Below are positions 9,919-23,511 of a stretch of 64,000 nucleotides of DNA, piece by piece. Both the position numbers and the translations under genes were made by a program. The notes below the pieces were generated by a model. The model searched no databases. It had not been told where the DNA came from and saw only the letters and a program-made list of their open reading frames with translations. The stretch covers positions 26,846,001 through 26,910,000 of the forward strand of contig CATNEN010000038.1 in the NCBI GenBank assembly GCA_950097015.1, read 5' to 3'. Every line of letters starts with the position of its first letter. Within the stretch, counting starts at the first letter, position 1. The DNA comes from Macrostomum hystrix. Lineage: Eukaryota > Animalia > Platyhelminthes.

Positions 9919-10045
9919 GTCGTTGATGGTATGTTTTTTTGTCTTTTTTGAACTGATAATCCTTTTACTCACAATTGTATGTCAGACTTTTGATGCCGGC
10001 ATGTTATGCTGCTAATTGGAGGGCTTGACAGAAGATATGCTCCCA

Positions 10046-10054
10046 TTTATATAA
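10046..10054 (-). promoter_or_regulatory. Putative TATA box of the PNRC-like gene
   Basis: TTATATAAA on the minus strand, ~45 nt upstream of the ATG at 10002. Confidence 0.35.
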
Positions 10055-10949
10055 CGGCTGCACACGTCTACTGAGCTCTCGTCAGGTCTATTTTTGGGCA
10101 AGGAAATTCCGCGGCTTTGCATGGTGATGGTAAGTACGTGTGTCATGTGACATTTTAGAGAAATTTTAGAGAAAAATAGTTGACTTGCGCTACCAGTCTA
10201 TTTCGTCATGGTCTAAATTTAGCTATGCTGAAATCGCAGCGAACTGCGACCAAAGATATGAGAGTACATTTGTTGGGCACGTACAGAAAAATGTCTAAAA
10301 ATAGAACTGAATCACGTGAACATTTGTGTTCCTACATAGAAAGGAGGGGCAGACTGTATGTGACAGCAAATCAGCTATAGATGAACAGAAAGTGAGAATT
10401 ATTTCTATTTCGTCGCTATAGCTAATATGGTACCCTATGAGACGGTACCAAAAATGCCTTTTCATATCATGCCCTAAACAATTTTTTGTCAAAAAAAATT
10501 CTACCCACAAAATGTCGCCATGAAACCATGCGGTGAAAATTAAGATGTATATGGTGGACTTTTACCAAAATCAGTCATTCGGTTTGGGAGCTTTCGTAAA
10601 ATAGGCAGCGGGTATTTGGTCTTTCCCCATGGGAAAAATAACGACTTTCTACTGTCAACAGCCTGTTTTGAGCATAATGATTAATTAAAACCAACGGACT
10701 TGGTCTTAACATATGCTCAACAATGTCTAAAGCTGCGTGCCTGCATGACAGTCGTCCAATTTACCAACCCGATTGTCTTAAGAAATTTCTAGAAGTGTCC
10801 TGAAAAATCTGCTATTTGTTTACTGTTTATACTACTGATAGTAGGGTAGGCTGCATCTGTTTACAAAGCAGAATAAAATCAATAACTTAAAAACGCGTTT
10901 GCCTCTCGCGCCAAGGCTTCTCAGCTCAATTTTGCGATGATTAATTAAT

Positions 10950-11147
10950 TTGGGCTACAGCCACGAAGAGAGGGCTTAAGACGGGGCTTGCCGTGCAATT
11001 TACGCCATTGACGATAGGAAAGTCAGGGCAGATGTACACACCTGTGTGCCTGCGTACAGTATCTGTGTGCGTGTGTGCTCAGGAGTCAGCGGAATGGGCA
11101 GAATTGCCTCCTCGCTGGCTGCGGGTCTACTGTCGCCAAATAATGCA
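10950..11147 (+). mobile_element. SINE-like family 1, diverged and internally deleted copy
   Basis: ggggcttgccgtgcaatttacgcc..gtgtgctcaggagtcagc..gcctcctcgctggctgcgggtcta is the reverse complement of the 2252-2575 copy. Confidence 0.75.
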
Positions 11148-12462
11148 AAATATGATTACTTTTTTGCGAAAGTACATCCTGATAACGATCTTATTATTTG
11201 CCATTCAATCATGCATTTATGTATTATTCTAATTGCAGTTTTTAGATATTTTAAGCGCCTAATATTTTAGATATTTATTTGTTAAAGTACTTCCGATTAC
11301 CAAGCAGATGCATATAGATGAATAGCAATGTTTGTGCAGTGCAAAGAAGAATACAATTATATTAAAAACGAAGTCAGTTTAACAAAATAGAAAATTATGG
11401 TAGATCCAAATGTTTTATAATCATTTATCAACTTCTGTGTTATGAATAAAATAAGATTGTTGAAAATAAGATTCAATAATATTATTCGATTCTTATTAGT
11501 TTGTCTGTGGATACATTTCGTCCAGGAGTAGATTATCTTATCAACGAAAATGTCTTTAAACTGAGTTACTTCTATATTCCATAAAAAGGTAACTGCCTGA
11601 ATGAATTTTTAAAGAAAAATAAAACATTATTTTATCTTACACAATTTATATGAACTGACAGGTCGCATGTTTCAAGCTGATATCCTAAAAATCTGACTCG
11701 ACATCATAAATGATCATCCTTTTTCGTTCTCAATTTTTGTCCTCAATTTTGACATTGATTTAAAACGAGATATGTCAATATCTTTGTAAAAATTGAATGT
11801 CTAATATCTAGAAATATTTGTTATTCGCAAATTTTCAACGATAAAATTATACCTGCTTTGTGATAACCAAACCACAAACTCACTCCTCGAATGTACGTCA
11901 TAAGCGTAAGCACGAACAACAACCTCACTCCTTGAATGTACATTAGCCATGGGGATAGAAAGTACAGCGCTAATTGCACATGTACAGTTTTACTACGCAA
12001 GAGAAAAAGAACTGATTGACGTTGTACATGTAGGTCGATTGTGAGGAACAATTATTCATTACTAAATTTCCAAGAACCGAACAAACAAATAATCCATAGG
12101 GTCCAGTGACTGAATTAAACAAATAATACGCGTAAAACGATCAAATCTGATTTTCAAACGAAAAAAAAGAATTTTTTGTTTGATTTTAAGAGTCCCAAAG
12201 AAAATGACAAATAAAAAACTAGCTAAATTCATTTTTTTGGAAAACGCAGACTAAAAGACAAGAACGAGAAACAAGCAGACAAGAGAGGTAGCGCGAAACA
12301 CAGAACACAAAACAGACCTTGAAGGTTAAATCAAGACTTGATTGTAGAATTATCCAAAACGTGTCAGTTCTCGCATACTTCTAACATTAGAACTGTCCAA
12401 ATTTCATTCTGATTCCCTCAGTGTCTTCCCATTCAAAACGCTCACCAGCCTTCCAGCATACT

Positions 12463-12632
12463 AAAAAACACCCACCTCACTCCCTGCCCAATAAGAAACA
12501 CCCGCCTCTCACCCTGCCTATAAAAGCACCCACCTCACGCCCTGCCCGCCAAGAAAAATCCACCTCACTCCCTGCCCATTAAAAATCACCCGCCTCTCTC
12601 TCTGCCTATAAAAACACCCACCTCACTCCCCA
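12463..12632. repeat. Degenerate ~30-bp repeat (aaaaacacccacctcactccctgcc) downstream of the Kv stop
   Basis: About 6 diverged copies. Confidence 0.7.
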
Positions 12633-12729
12633 ACCACTTAGAAACATTTACTTCACCTTAACCCAAGCCAAATTTTCTCTGTACTATTTTTATCGATAGA
12701 GAATGACAGTCACAATATAAAAGCAAACA

Positions 12730-13448
12730 TCACACAAACTGTTCCTGTTCAGACTCGTCCACATCCTCTGGCAGGCAGGACACGGCCACCAGCTTGCCGC
12801 TAGACAGCTCGGCGGAGTCGCCGACGCTGCGCCGTTTGTCCAGCTTTGTTTCCCTCTTGTCTATCAGCTGTTTTCTCTCATCATCATCGTCTGTGTCCGG
12901 ATCCTGAGCAGACTCAGGGGCCGTTGTCTTGTTGTTGACTGCGGTGTTGTCCACTGTGGCCTTGTTGTCCATGGACGCCGCCTCCTCCTTTCCTTTTGAG
13001 TTCTCTTCGACTTTAGACGAGTCAAGCTCGGCTGTCGCCTTCTCGGCGTTGTCAATCGATGGTTTCTCAGTTGCGGCTGCAGCGGCGGCGGCAGCGGCGG
13101 CGGCAGCAGCGGCAGCAGCGGCCAGCGACTCCTCCTGCTTCTCCAGCCGGGTCCCGGTGGTCGGCGGTCGCGCAGCCGGCGGCGGCAGCTGCGAATGTTG
13201 CCGATTGTTGCGTCGCATTAGGCCGTTGATTGCGGCAGCCTTGTCTTCGCCGACTCCTTTGTCGACGTGTCGCTGGATGTACTTTTTGTTGCCACCCTGA
13301 CCGTAGCGACCGCCTTGGTTGGAATTAGTCAAATCCTTTGTCATGATCTTCATGTACTTGTTCTCCTTCATCTGGTTCTGCATATACTTGTAGTAGGTGT
13401 TGAAGTTGTTGCCGATAATTGGGATAGCTAGACCAGTCACGATGCAAC
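12730..13448 (-). CDS. Shaw: Shaw/Kv3-like K+ channel, exon 3 (S6 gate, C-terminal tail with poly-Ala)
   Basis: The phase-1 join gives GCIVTGLAIPIIGNNFNTYY (S6 end). Spliced CDS 468+751+719 = 1938 nt, 645 aa. Confidence 0.9.
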
Positions 13449-13489
13449 CTGTGGGTCAACGATGCAACGGTTTTAAGGTATGCCAACTG

Positions 13490-14020
13490 TTTCATTAACT
13501 ACCAGACTATGTCATTGACTTCCAGAATATGTCATTAACTACCAGACTGTGTCATTAATTACCAGAGTGTGTCATTAATTACCAGACTCTGCGTCTTTAA
13601 TTACCAGACTGTCATTAATTACCAGACTGTCATTAATTACCAGACTGTCATTGATTACCAGACTGTGTCATTGGCTTCCTGACTGTGTCATTAGCTTCCT
13701 GACTATGTCATTAGCTTCCTGACTGTGTCATTAGCCTCCTGACTGTGTCAATAGCTTCATTGATGTGTAATTAGCTTCATTGATGTGTCATTGGCTTCCT
13801 GACTGTGTCATTAGCTTCATTGATGTGTAATTAGCTTCATTGATGTGTCATTAGCTTCCTGACTGTATCATTGGCTTCCTGACTGTGTCATTAGCTTCCT
13901 GACTGTGTCATTAGCTTCCTGACTGTGTCATTAGCTTCCTGAGTGTGTCATTAGCTTCCTTGATATGTCATTAGCTTCATTAATGTGTCATTGGCTTCCT
14001 GGCTGTGCCATTAGCTTCCT
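13490..14020. repeat. 20-bp minisatellite (gactgtgtcattagcttcct)
   Basis: Direct periodicity with a sequence gradient. Confidence 0.9.
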
Positions 14021-14391
14021 AGTCACAACAAGCGTCTATTGCAGTGGCTACTATAGTCAAGTCAAGCAGCATTAGTCAACCCCAATTTGAGCTGCTTTTG
14101 AGCTTGGCCAGTTTGGGTCAAGTGGTTTGCTCGCACTTAAAATATGTACTTTTCCTCTGTCCCTGTCCAGAGCTCGTTGCTGAGGTTCATAAAAAATGCA
14201 GGTTTAATTTGTTATTGACAATGATGGAACCATATCAACGTTAGCTTAGATCATCGCTTTGATCCGTGCTTAAGACATGAAAAAACTAAGAAAATGAATA
14301 AACTGAAAACCAGTTTATTCCATTATGATCTGAGGGAGTGACATCAATTTATCTTAAGGGAGTGAAAATAATTATATGATGATGATTGCAT

Positions 14392-15237
14392 GGTGACATT
14401 GGTGATTGTAGATAGTGACATTGGTGATTGTAGATAGTGACATTGGTGATTGTAGATAGTGACATTGGTGATTGTAGCGAGTGACATTGGTGATTGTAGA
14501 TTGTGACAATGGTGATTATAGAGAGTGACATTGGTGATTGTAGATAGTGACATAGGTGATTGTAGATAGTGACATAGGTGATTATAGAGAGTGACATTGG
14601 TGATTATAGATAGTGACATAGGTGATTGTAGATAGTGACATAGGTGATTATAGAGAGTGACATTGGTGATTATAGAGAGTGATATTGGAGATTGTAGCGA
14701 GTGACATTGGTGATTGTAGATAGTGACATTGGTGATTGTAGCGAGTGACATTGGTGATTGTAGATAGTGACATTGGTGGTTGTAGATAGTGACAATGGTG
14801 GTTGTAGATAGTGACATTGGTGATTGTAGAGAGTGACATTGGTGATTGTAGCGAGTGACATTGGAGATTGTAGCGAGTGACATTGGTGATTGTAGAAAGT
14901 GACATTGGTGATTGTAGCGAGTGACATCGGTGATTGCAGATAGTGACAATGGTGATTGTAGATAGTGACAATGGTGATTGTAGCGAGTGACATTGGAGAT
15001 TGTAGATAGTGACATTGGTGATTGTAGCGAGTGACATTGGAGATTGTAGATAGTGACATTGGTGATTGTAGATAGTGACATTGGTGATTGTAGATAGTGA
15101 CATTGGTGATTGTAGCGAGTGACATTGGTGATTGTAGCGAGTGACATTGGTGATTGTAGCGAGTGACATTGGTGATTGTAGCGAGTGACATTGGTGATTG
15201 TAGCGAGTGACATTGGTGATTGTAGATAGTGACATTG
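14392..15237. repeat. 22-bp minisatellite (gtgacattggtgattgtagata)
   Basis: Direct periodicity. Confidence 0.95.
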
Positions 15238-15971
15238 TGATCGTTAGAGTGTGGACACTGAATTGTGCCGAAATTGTCGAGAAATATTTAACAATTAAGG
15301 GAAGATAAGGGAAAAATGTGAAACTTGTTCTTATTTCTGTTGGCATTTTTGCAGTAGTAACTCCTAGTAAATAGCTATTTCACATCCTGAAAAACTAGTT
15401 TTCTGTTTTACCCTCTACAATAAACAAATAGCAAAAGTTAAAGGGATAAGTTTCACTTCGCGCCGTAATTACGAGTAGTTTATCGAGCGGAGTGTAAAAA
15501 AATCTAGCGAAATAAATTATTTTTCAAACCACTAACAACTACGCCCTAACCAACCCACGGTGAATAAGCAGACCAGCTGCTGCTGCTGCTGCTGTTGCTG
15601 CTGTTGCTGCTGCTAGGAAGTGAAGGCCAGTGATATAGGCCAGCACGCAATAACTAATTATATTTTTTCACAACCGAATCTTGCCAGTCTGATCCCATCC
15701 CTCCCTTCGGTTGTTCATTTGGCAGACACCAGCCAGCAGCCCTTAGTTTGGAATTGCGTTGCTATAGCAACTAGTTCGTCAACTTATATTTTGAGAAGCA
15801 GCAAGTGAGCAAAATACGAAAAAGCACATCGCGTGCCTTGAGGTTTGGGGAATAGGCATTCATTGCCTTGTTGGCAAAGTGGAGGGGAATCCGGTTCTGA
15901 GCTGCCAGACTGAGAATTTAACTTCGGGATGAGATAAAAAGTCACAGAAAAATAATGATATACTAGTTTCG

Positions 15972-16612
15972 AGTGAGATGAGATCTGAATGAGATGAGAT
16001 CTGAATGAGATGAGATCCGTATGAGATGAGATATGAATGAAATGAGATCCGTATGAGATGAGATCTGAATGAGATGAGATCTGAATGAGATGAGATCCGT
16101 ATGAGATGAGATCTGAATGAGATGAGATCCGTATGAGATGAGATATGAATGAGATAAGTTCTGAATGAGATGAGATATGAATGAAATGAGATCTGAATGA
16201 GATGAGATCTGAATGAGATGAGATCTGAATGAGATGAGATCTGAATGAGATGAGATCTGAATGAGATGAGATCTGAATGAGATGAGATCTGAATGAGATG
16301 AGATCCGTATGAGATGAGATATGAATGAAATGAGATCTGAATGAGATAAGATCTGAATGAGATGAGATCTGAATGAGATAAGTTCTGAATGAGATGAGAT
16401 CTGAATGAGATGAGATCTGAATGAGATGAGATCTGAATGAGATGAGATCCGTATGAGATGAGATATGAATGTGATAAGATCTGAATGAGATGAGATCTGA
16501 ATGAGATGAGATCCGTATGAGATGAGATATGAATGTGATAAGATCTGAATGAGATGAGATCTGAATGAGATGAGATCTGAATGAGATGAGGTCCGTGTGA
16601 GATGAGATATCG
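15972..16612. repeat. 16-bp minisatellite (ctgaatgagatgagat)
   Basis: Direct periodicity. Confidence 0.95.
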
Positions 16613-17344
16613 ATTAGATGCAATAATTGACATATATTATTTGAGATTGGTGAATGGCATATCATAAAAATATTAGCTAAATTGTTAATTAACAATAGGG
16701 ATAAATTAGAAGCTGTCAGGACTATGATCTTCATTAACATTTGAGTTCAACAGGCCCAAAAGAAACACGAGCTAAATGGTTGAAATCCCATCATAAATGT
16801 GGCATGAGATACAGTGGATCAAAGATAATATTCTATTGATTGATGGCATCCCAGTCTCTATTTTCCCACTGACTGAATGAAACCCCATGCTTCCATGACG
16901 AAGAAACGTCTGAGTTTTATTTTCCAATACAAAATGCAATTCGAGAGACTGAATATAACAGGGCGAATGGATGCCCGACAAGTGTGAGGTAGGTAGATTT
17001 CTAGACAGATGCCAGAAAGCAGATCAGATCTTTGAATGCTTCTAGGGAGAAGGCAGATAATACTGAAGCTAGAAACTGCCTTCAGCCCATCGCTCATACA
17101 TCATCAAAGAAATATTGTGCAGCATTGCAAGGCACTCGACTGCAAAGGAAAATACAGCGATGGAAAGTGTGCAATTAAAAATGGTTCGATTCGCACAAAA
17201 AAGTATTTTAACGAGTTAATCTACACCTAATAATTAATCAGAAGCTAACTACAACTTCCCGCCACTCACCAGCAATCAGATAAATGATTTCGCTCGTTAC
17301 TCAATTGGCCTTATCTTACCCCCCACTCGCAATCTCGCCTTTAT

Positions 17345-18590
17345 CTCACCCTTCTCTCACTCTCAATCTCACCCTTCTCTCGCTCTCAGTCTCATCCTTC
17401 TCTCACTCTCAGTCTCACCCTTCTCTCACTCTCAATCGCATCCTTCTCTCACTCTCAATCTCATCCTTCTCTCACTCTCAATCGCATCCTTCTCTCACTC
17501 TCAATCTCACCCTTCTCTCACTCTCAATCTCACCCTTCTCTCACTCTCAATCTCACCCTTCTCTCACTCTCAATCTCACCCTTCTCTCACTCTCAATCTC
17601 ACCCTTCTCTCACTCTCAATCTCACCCTTCTCTCACTCTCAATCTCACCCTTCTCTCACTCTCAATCTCACCCTTCTCTCACTCTCAATCTCACCCTTCT
17701 CTCACTCTCAATCGCATCCTTCTCTCACTCTCAATCGCATCCTTCTCTCACTCTCAATCGCATCCTTCTCTCACTCTCAATCTCACCCTTCTCTCACTCT
17801 CAATCTCACCCTTCTCTCACTCTCAATCTCACCCTTCTCTCACTCTCAATCGCATCCTTCTCTCACTCTCAATCTCACCCTTCTCTCACTCTCAATCTCA
17901 CCCTTCTCTCACTCTCAATCTCACCCTTCTCTCACTCTCAATCTCACCCTTCTCTCACTCTCAATCTCACCCTTCTCTCACTCTCAATCTCACCCTTCTC
18001 TCACTCTCAATCTCACCCTTCTCTCACTCTCAATCTCACCCTTCTCTCACTCTCAATCGCATCCTTCTCCCACTCTCAATCTCACCCTTCTCTCACTCTC
18101 AATCTCACCCTTCTCTCACTCTCAATCTCACCCTTCTCTCACTCTCAATCTCACCCTTCTCTCACTCTCAATCTCACCCTTCTCTCACTCTCAATCTCAC
18201 CCTTCTCTCACTCTCAGTCTCATCCTTCTCTCACTCTCAATCTCACCCTTCTCTCACTCTCAATCTCACCCTTCTCTCACTCTCAATCGCATCCTTCTCC
18301 CACTCTCAATCTCACCCTTCTCTCACTCTCAATCTCATCCTTCTCTCACTCTCAATCTCACCCTTCTCTCACTCTCAATCTCACCCTTCTCTCACTCTCA
18401 ATCTCACCCTTCTCTCACTCTCAATCTCACCCTTCTCTCACTCTCAATCTCACCCTTCTCTCACTCTCAATCTCACCCTTCTCTCACTCTCAATCTCACC
18501 CTTCTCTCACTCTCAATCTCACCCTTCTCTGAATCTCAATCTCACCCTTCTCTCACTCTCAATCTCACCCTTCTCTCACTCTCAATCTCA
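17345..18590. repeat. 23-bp pyrimidine-rich minisatellite (tctcacccttctctcactctcaa)
   Basis: Direct periodicity; source of the 442-aa pseudo-ORF. Confidence 0.95.
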
Positions 18591-19269
18591 CTCTTCAATC
18601 GCAGTTTTCTAAGCTAATAAATATGCATTACTCATTCTATATTTCACAATTTGCACATTTATAGATTTGCAATTCACGGAATAAAATTTTCGCATTGTCT
18701 TTTATCTCCCCTGCATCTGCTTTTGTTCCTCTGATTTTTTAGTAAAAAAACTAAAAAATAGCTTATTTCTAGGAAAAAACGCACATCCCTAAAGTCCCCA
18801 TTTTTTTCTGAGAAAGACAGAGCCACATATATGGGATAATGAAACGCATTGTTAGTCTGAGAATATTTTCCCAAATCTCCTATAAATGTTTCCCAAATTA
18901 TCAATTTCCCAATTTATTCGTTTATAAAAATAACTATAAATTGGACTACTCGACAAATAATTGAAATTAAAAAAGTCAGTGACATATTTTTCTACACACT
19001 TCCTCTAACCAACTAACCTAGTAAATACAAATCAGAATGACGTTATAAATCAGTGATGCAGTGAAAACACGGCAGATTGTGCACACAGAGGGATGTAGCC
19101 TGAATTCATACTGTCATAGCAACATGAACCTTTCCAGGGGCTTGTATGACTTGGCCCCATTTGTATGCATTATATTGTGTTTGCCTTCTCTGTCAGTGCA
19201 TTGAAACTGAGTGCGTGCGCTAATTAACTAGCTGCATTATAACTGGACGACTAAATCTTCGAAGATTTG

Positions 19270-20365
19270 AGGAATGGGATTGGGAAAGGACGATGGGATT
19301 GGGATAATGAAGATGCGATTGGGAAAGGAAGATGGGATTGGGATAATGAAGATGCGATTGGGAAAGGAAGATGCGATTGGAATAATGAAGATGCGATTGG
19401 GAAAGGAAGATGGGATTGGGAGATGAAGATGGGATTGGGAGATGAAGATGGGATTGGGAGATGAAGATGCGATTGGGAAAGGAAGATGGGATTGCGATAA
19501 TGAAGATGGGATTGGGAGATGGAGATGGGGTTGGGAGATGAAGATGGGATTGGGATAATGAAGATGGGATTGGGAGATGAAGATGGGATTTGGAGATGAA
19601 GATGGGATTGGGAGATGAAGATGGGATTGGGAGATGAAGATGGGATTGGGAGATGAAGATGGGATTGGGATAATGAAGATGCGATTGGGAGATGAAGATG
19701 GGATTGCGATAATGAAGACGCGATTGTGAAAGGAAGATGGGATTGCGATAATGAAGATGGGATTGGGAGATGAAGATGGGATTGGGAGATGAAGATGCGA
19801 TTGCGAGATGAAGATGGGATTGCGATAATGAAGATGCGATTGGGAAAGGAAGATGGGATTGGGAGATGAAGATGCGACTGGGAAAGGAAGATGGGATTTG
19901 GATAATGAAGATGTGATTGGGAAAGGAAGATGGAATTGGGAAAGGAAGATGGGATTGGGATATGAAGATGAGATTGGGGAATGAGGATGGGATTGGGAAA
20001 GGAAGATGGGATTTGGATAATGAAGATGTGATTAGGAAAGGAAGATGGAATTGGGAAAGGAAGATGGGATTGGGATATGAAGATGGGATTGGGGAATGAG
20101 GATGGGATTGGGAAAGGAAGATGGGATTGGGAGATGAAGATGGGATTGGGATAATTAAGATGCGACTGGGAAAGGAAGATGGGATTGCGAGATGAAGATG
20201 GGATTGCGATAATTAAGATGCGACTGGGAAAGGAAGATGGGATTTGGATAATGAAGATGTGATTGGGAAAGGAAGATGGAATTGGGAAAGGAAGATGGGA
20301 TTGGGATATGGGATTGGGGAATGAGGATGGGATTGGGAAAGGAAGATGGGATTGGGAAAGGAATT
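19270..20365. repeat. 19-20-bp purine-rich minisatellite (gaagatgggattgggagat / -aaag / -ataat)
   Basis: Direct periodicity with mixed variants. Confidence 0.92.
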
Positions 20366-21072
20366 CGGGATTTGGGACGAGTATATGAGATAGGTCATTG
20401 TTCGATATGAACAAGATATGAAGAATATATATTCCTTTATAGATGAAACAGCTAGTCAAAAGAATTTGCAGATCTTGGGTCTAAAAGCTTTATCCATAAA
20501 AGTTAACTTATGCAGGCTTTCGCAAGATAATTATATTTTTCTATTTCTGCTTACCTGTGCCCTATAGCTGTGCAAGAGATACAGTTTGCTAAAAAACAGT
20601 AAGCATAAATCTGAACTATTCCAATGGTAGTATTAGCTGATATAATTTTACATCTAACACCATGTCAAGGTAGAGCTAGACAAGGGGGTCAGGCGATAAG
20701 AAAATCATAAACACGAGAGCCGGGGTGTAAGAAAGATATAACAAAAATGCTGAATAATCCCAATATTCTAGACTATGCCTTCCGTTCACTTGTCAAGAAT
20801 AAAATCTGGTTTTTACTCCCAGGCCTTAAAACTGTAACACTCGCTGACAAGGTTAAAAGTGCAACCAAGATTGTTGTGCCTACCAGAAATTTACAACCTT
20901 TTTAGCTCAGTCTTCAAGCCCCAGAAATTAGGCGGATTGACAGCTGTCAGAAAAGACCAAGCTTTCACATTTTCTGACATGTTCCTTTTGATGGCAAGAC
21001 TTTTAGCATTTATCGTCACTGCCTCAGAATATCAGTTCCATCACCTGACTGTCATCCAAAGCTCGTTTCATA

Positions 21073-21600
21073 CCTGCCTCACCTGTCACTCCCCTGCCTC
21101 ACCTGTCACTCCACTGCCTCACCTGTCACTCCACTGCCTCACCTGTCACTCCACTGCCTCACCTGTCACTCCACTGCCTCACCTGTCACTCCACTGCCTC
21201 ACCTGTCACTCCACTGCCTCACCTGTCACTCCACTGCCTCACCTGTCACTCCACTGCCTCACCTGTCACTCCACAGCGTCTCGTGTCACTCCACTGCCTC
21301 ACCTGTCACTCTACTGCCTCACCTGTCACTCCACTGCCTCACCTGTCACTCCACTGCCTCACCTGTCACTCCACTGCCTCACCTGTCACTCTACTGCCTC
21401 TCCTGTCACTCCAAAGTGTCTCCTGTCACTCCACTGCCTCACCTGTCACTCCACTGCCTCACCTGTCACTCCACTGCCTCACCTGTCACTCCACTGCCTC
21501 ACCTGTCACTCTACTGCCTCTCCTGTCACTCCAAAGTGTGTCCTGTCACTCCACTGCCTCACCTGTCACTCCACTGCCTGACCTGTCACTCCACTGGCTC
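21073..21600. repeat. 20-bp minisatellite (acctgtcactccactgcctc)
   Basis: Direct periodicity; the same unit is inverted at 44831-45157. Confidence 0.95.
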
Positions 21601-22471
21601 ACTACTACGCCCCACCTGGGCAATCTCTGGTTCAGTTAGACAAAGTCAGCATGTTTGGCAGTTAAGAATAATTTGTATCGCATGAAATACGAATAGCAGC
21701 CGGAGCTGAATAATTATTGAATCGGATACTTTGCCATTTCACGCAGCGCCATCTCGGGGCTCATTTATTTCTCAATCGCTTGTATGGAATATTTTACTCT
21801 CTTTCTCTCTCGCCCAAAAGCCATCTGCGTCCCACCAAAAAATGCAGAAAAATTCCTGAGCAGTGCGGTTCTCCAGCTATGGGGCGGCCTACTTAGATAA
21901 TGGAGCGGCCACGTTTGCAAAGCCACAGCAGCAGCAGCAGCAGAAGCAGCAGCAGCGGCGACATTATGCCAGATAAAAGGGTCCACGGCAAACGTTCCCT
22001 AATCCTACCCAATGCCTCTGAGGATAATGCTGCGGCTGGATTGCGCGCGTGGGTAGGGGATATTTATCCCGGGCATATATAGCTAAGCGGCGAGTTTGCG
22101 GGATCGTGTTGTAGGCGGAGCTGGACAAAATGCTCTCCCACAATTTGAGATTCCGCAGCGCACTCGCTGATTGCTTTTCTAGTGGTTGACAGGCGGAGCA
22201 AAAATATTTCCCCACTCCGCCTGTGCCCGGCATCCCGCTTGTGCGGCTTGTCTCTGTCCTCGTATTATCCGTTTTTTGTAAGTTTCTGGTATAAAAAATT
22301 AGCTGAAACTTAGGCCTATCAGTCAGTGGCTCGAATTACCTTGCTTCAGCTGCAGCGCCACTTGAAAGGCGGAACTGGAATCAATAGTCAATCCATTTTG
22401 AGCTATTTTAGTTAAATTTTGTGTTTGTGCTCTGCTTGGATTGCCTTCACAGAATTGATTCTATTTAACTC

Positions 22472-22795
22472 CCTCCTCTCCCCCTGCCTCCTCTCCCCCT
22501 GCCTCCTCTCCCCCTGCCTCCTCTCCCCCTGCTCATCTCCCCCTGCCTCCTCTCCCCCTGCTGCCTCCTCTCCCCCTGCTGCCTCCTCTCCCCCTGCTCA
22601 TCTCCCCCTGCCTCCTCTCCCCCTGCTGCCTCCTCTCCCCCTGCTGCCTCCTCTCCCCCTGCTCATCTCCCCCTGCCTCTTCTCCCCCTGCCTCCTCTCC
22701 CCCTGCCTCCTCTCCCCCTGCTCCTCTCCCCCTGCCTCCTCTCCCCCTGCCTCCTCTCCCCCTGCTCCTCTCCCCTTGTCTCCTCTCCCCTTGTC
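22472..22795. repeat. ~15-bp C-rich repeat (cctcctctccccctg)
   Basis: Direct periodicity; G-rich on the transcribed strand. Confidence 0.9.
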
Positions 22796-23511
22796 CATCC
22801 TCTTCTACCCCATCCTCTCTACCCCGTCCTCTTCTACCCCAATCTGTGTCCTCCATGGAAGGCCCAGACTATTGCATGTAAATAATTATTGCATCCTATT
22901 CGAGAAACATCTATCTGGCATGAGCAGTGCCTAAAGTCACAACTCCCAGGGCATGATTTCCACAGTCAAGCAGCACTGAAAGATAGAATGGACTTCAAAG
23001 AAACTTTGCACGAATGCTGCTAGATATTCATTAGGCTCTTCGCAATTTTCCCATGTTACGAAAAAGCTCAGTAGGGACCATCTGGCCCTCAAAAACTAGC
23101 AGCTGCTACCCCAGCCCCCCTCACCCAAAGAACTTTATCCCCTTTAGGGATCTGAGCAACTGAAGCAGACTAATCTTGCTAGGGTAGTGTGATTTTCGGT
23201 GCATTTGTGCTAGATAATAATCCCGTGAAGCCAACAGACTCGAAGCTAAGCAGCAATCACGCTTCCTGCTAGAAGATCTAACCCATTTTCCTTCTATCCG
23301 CTTTTTTATATCTTCAAGACTTTCCATTTCATTGGATTCTGTTGGCGTCATCAAATATGCATCCGCGTCAAGCCCCGACGGGATATTTCGGCGCAATTCG
23401 TCACGGGTTCGTGTTACAGGGCTACTCAGCTAGTGCCATGCGAGTTTTTTTCCCACTAGAGCATTTCTCTGGTTCAATTTATTTTTTTTAACACAGGGCA
23501 GTTGGACCTCG

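Noticed and set aside
21700-23400. GC-richer intronic segments with short ORFs (21900, 21964, 23121)
   Set aside because: No recognisable domain or consistent exon chain. They could be regulatory, but I cannot support that from sequence.
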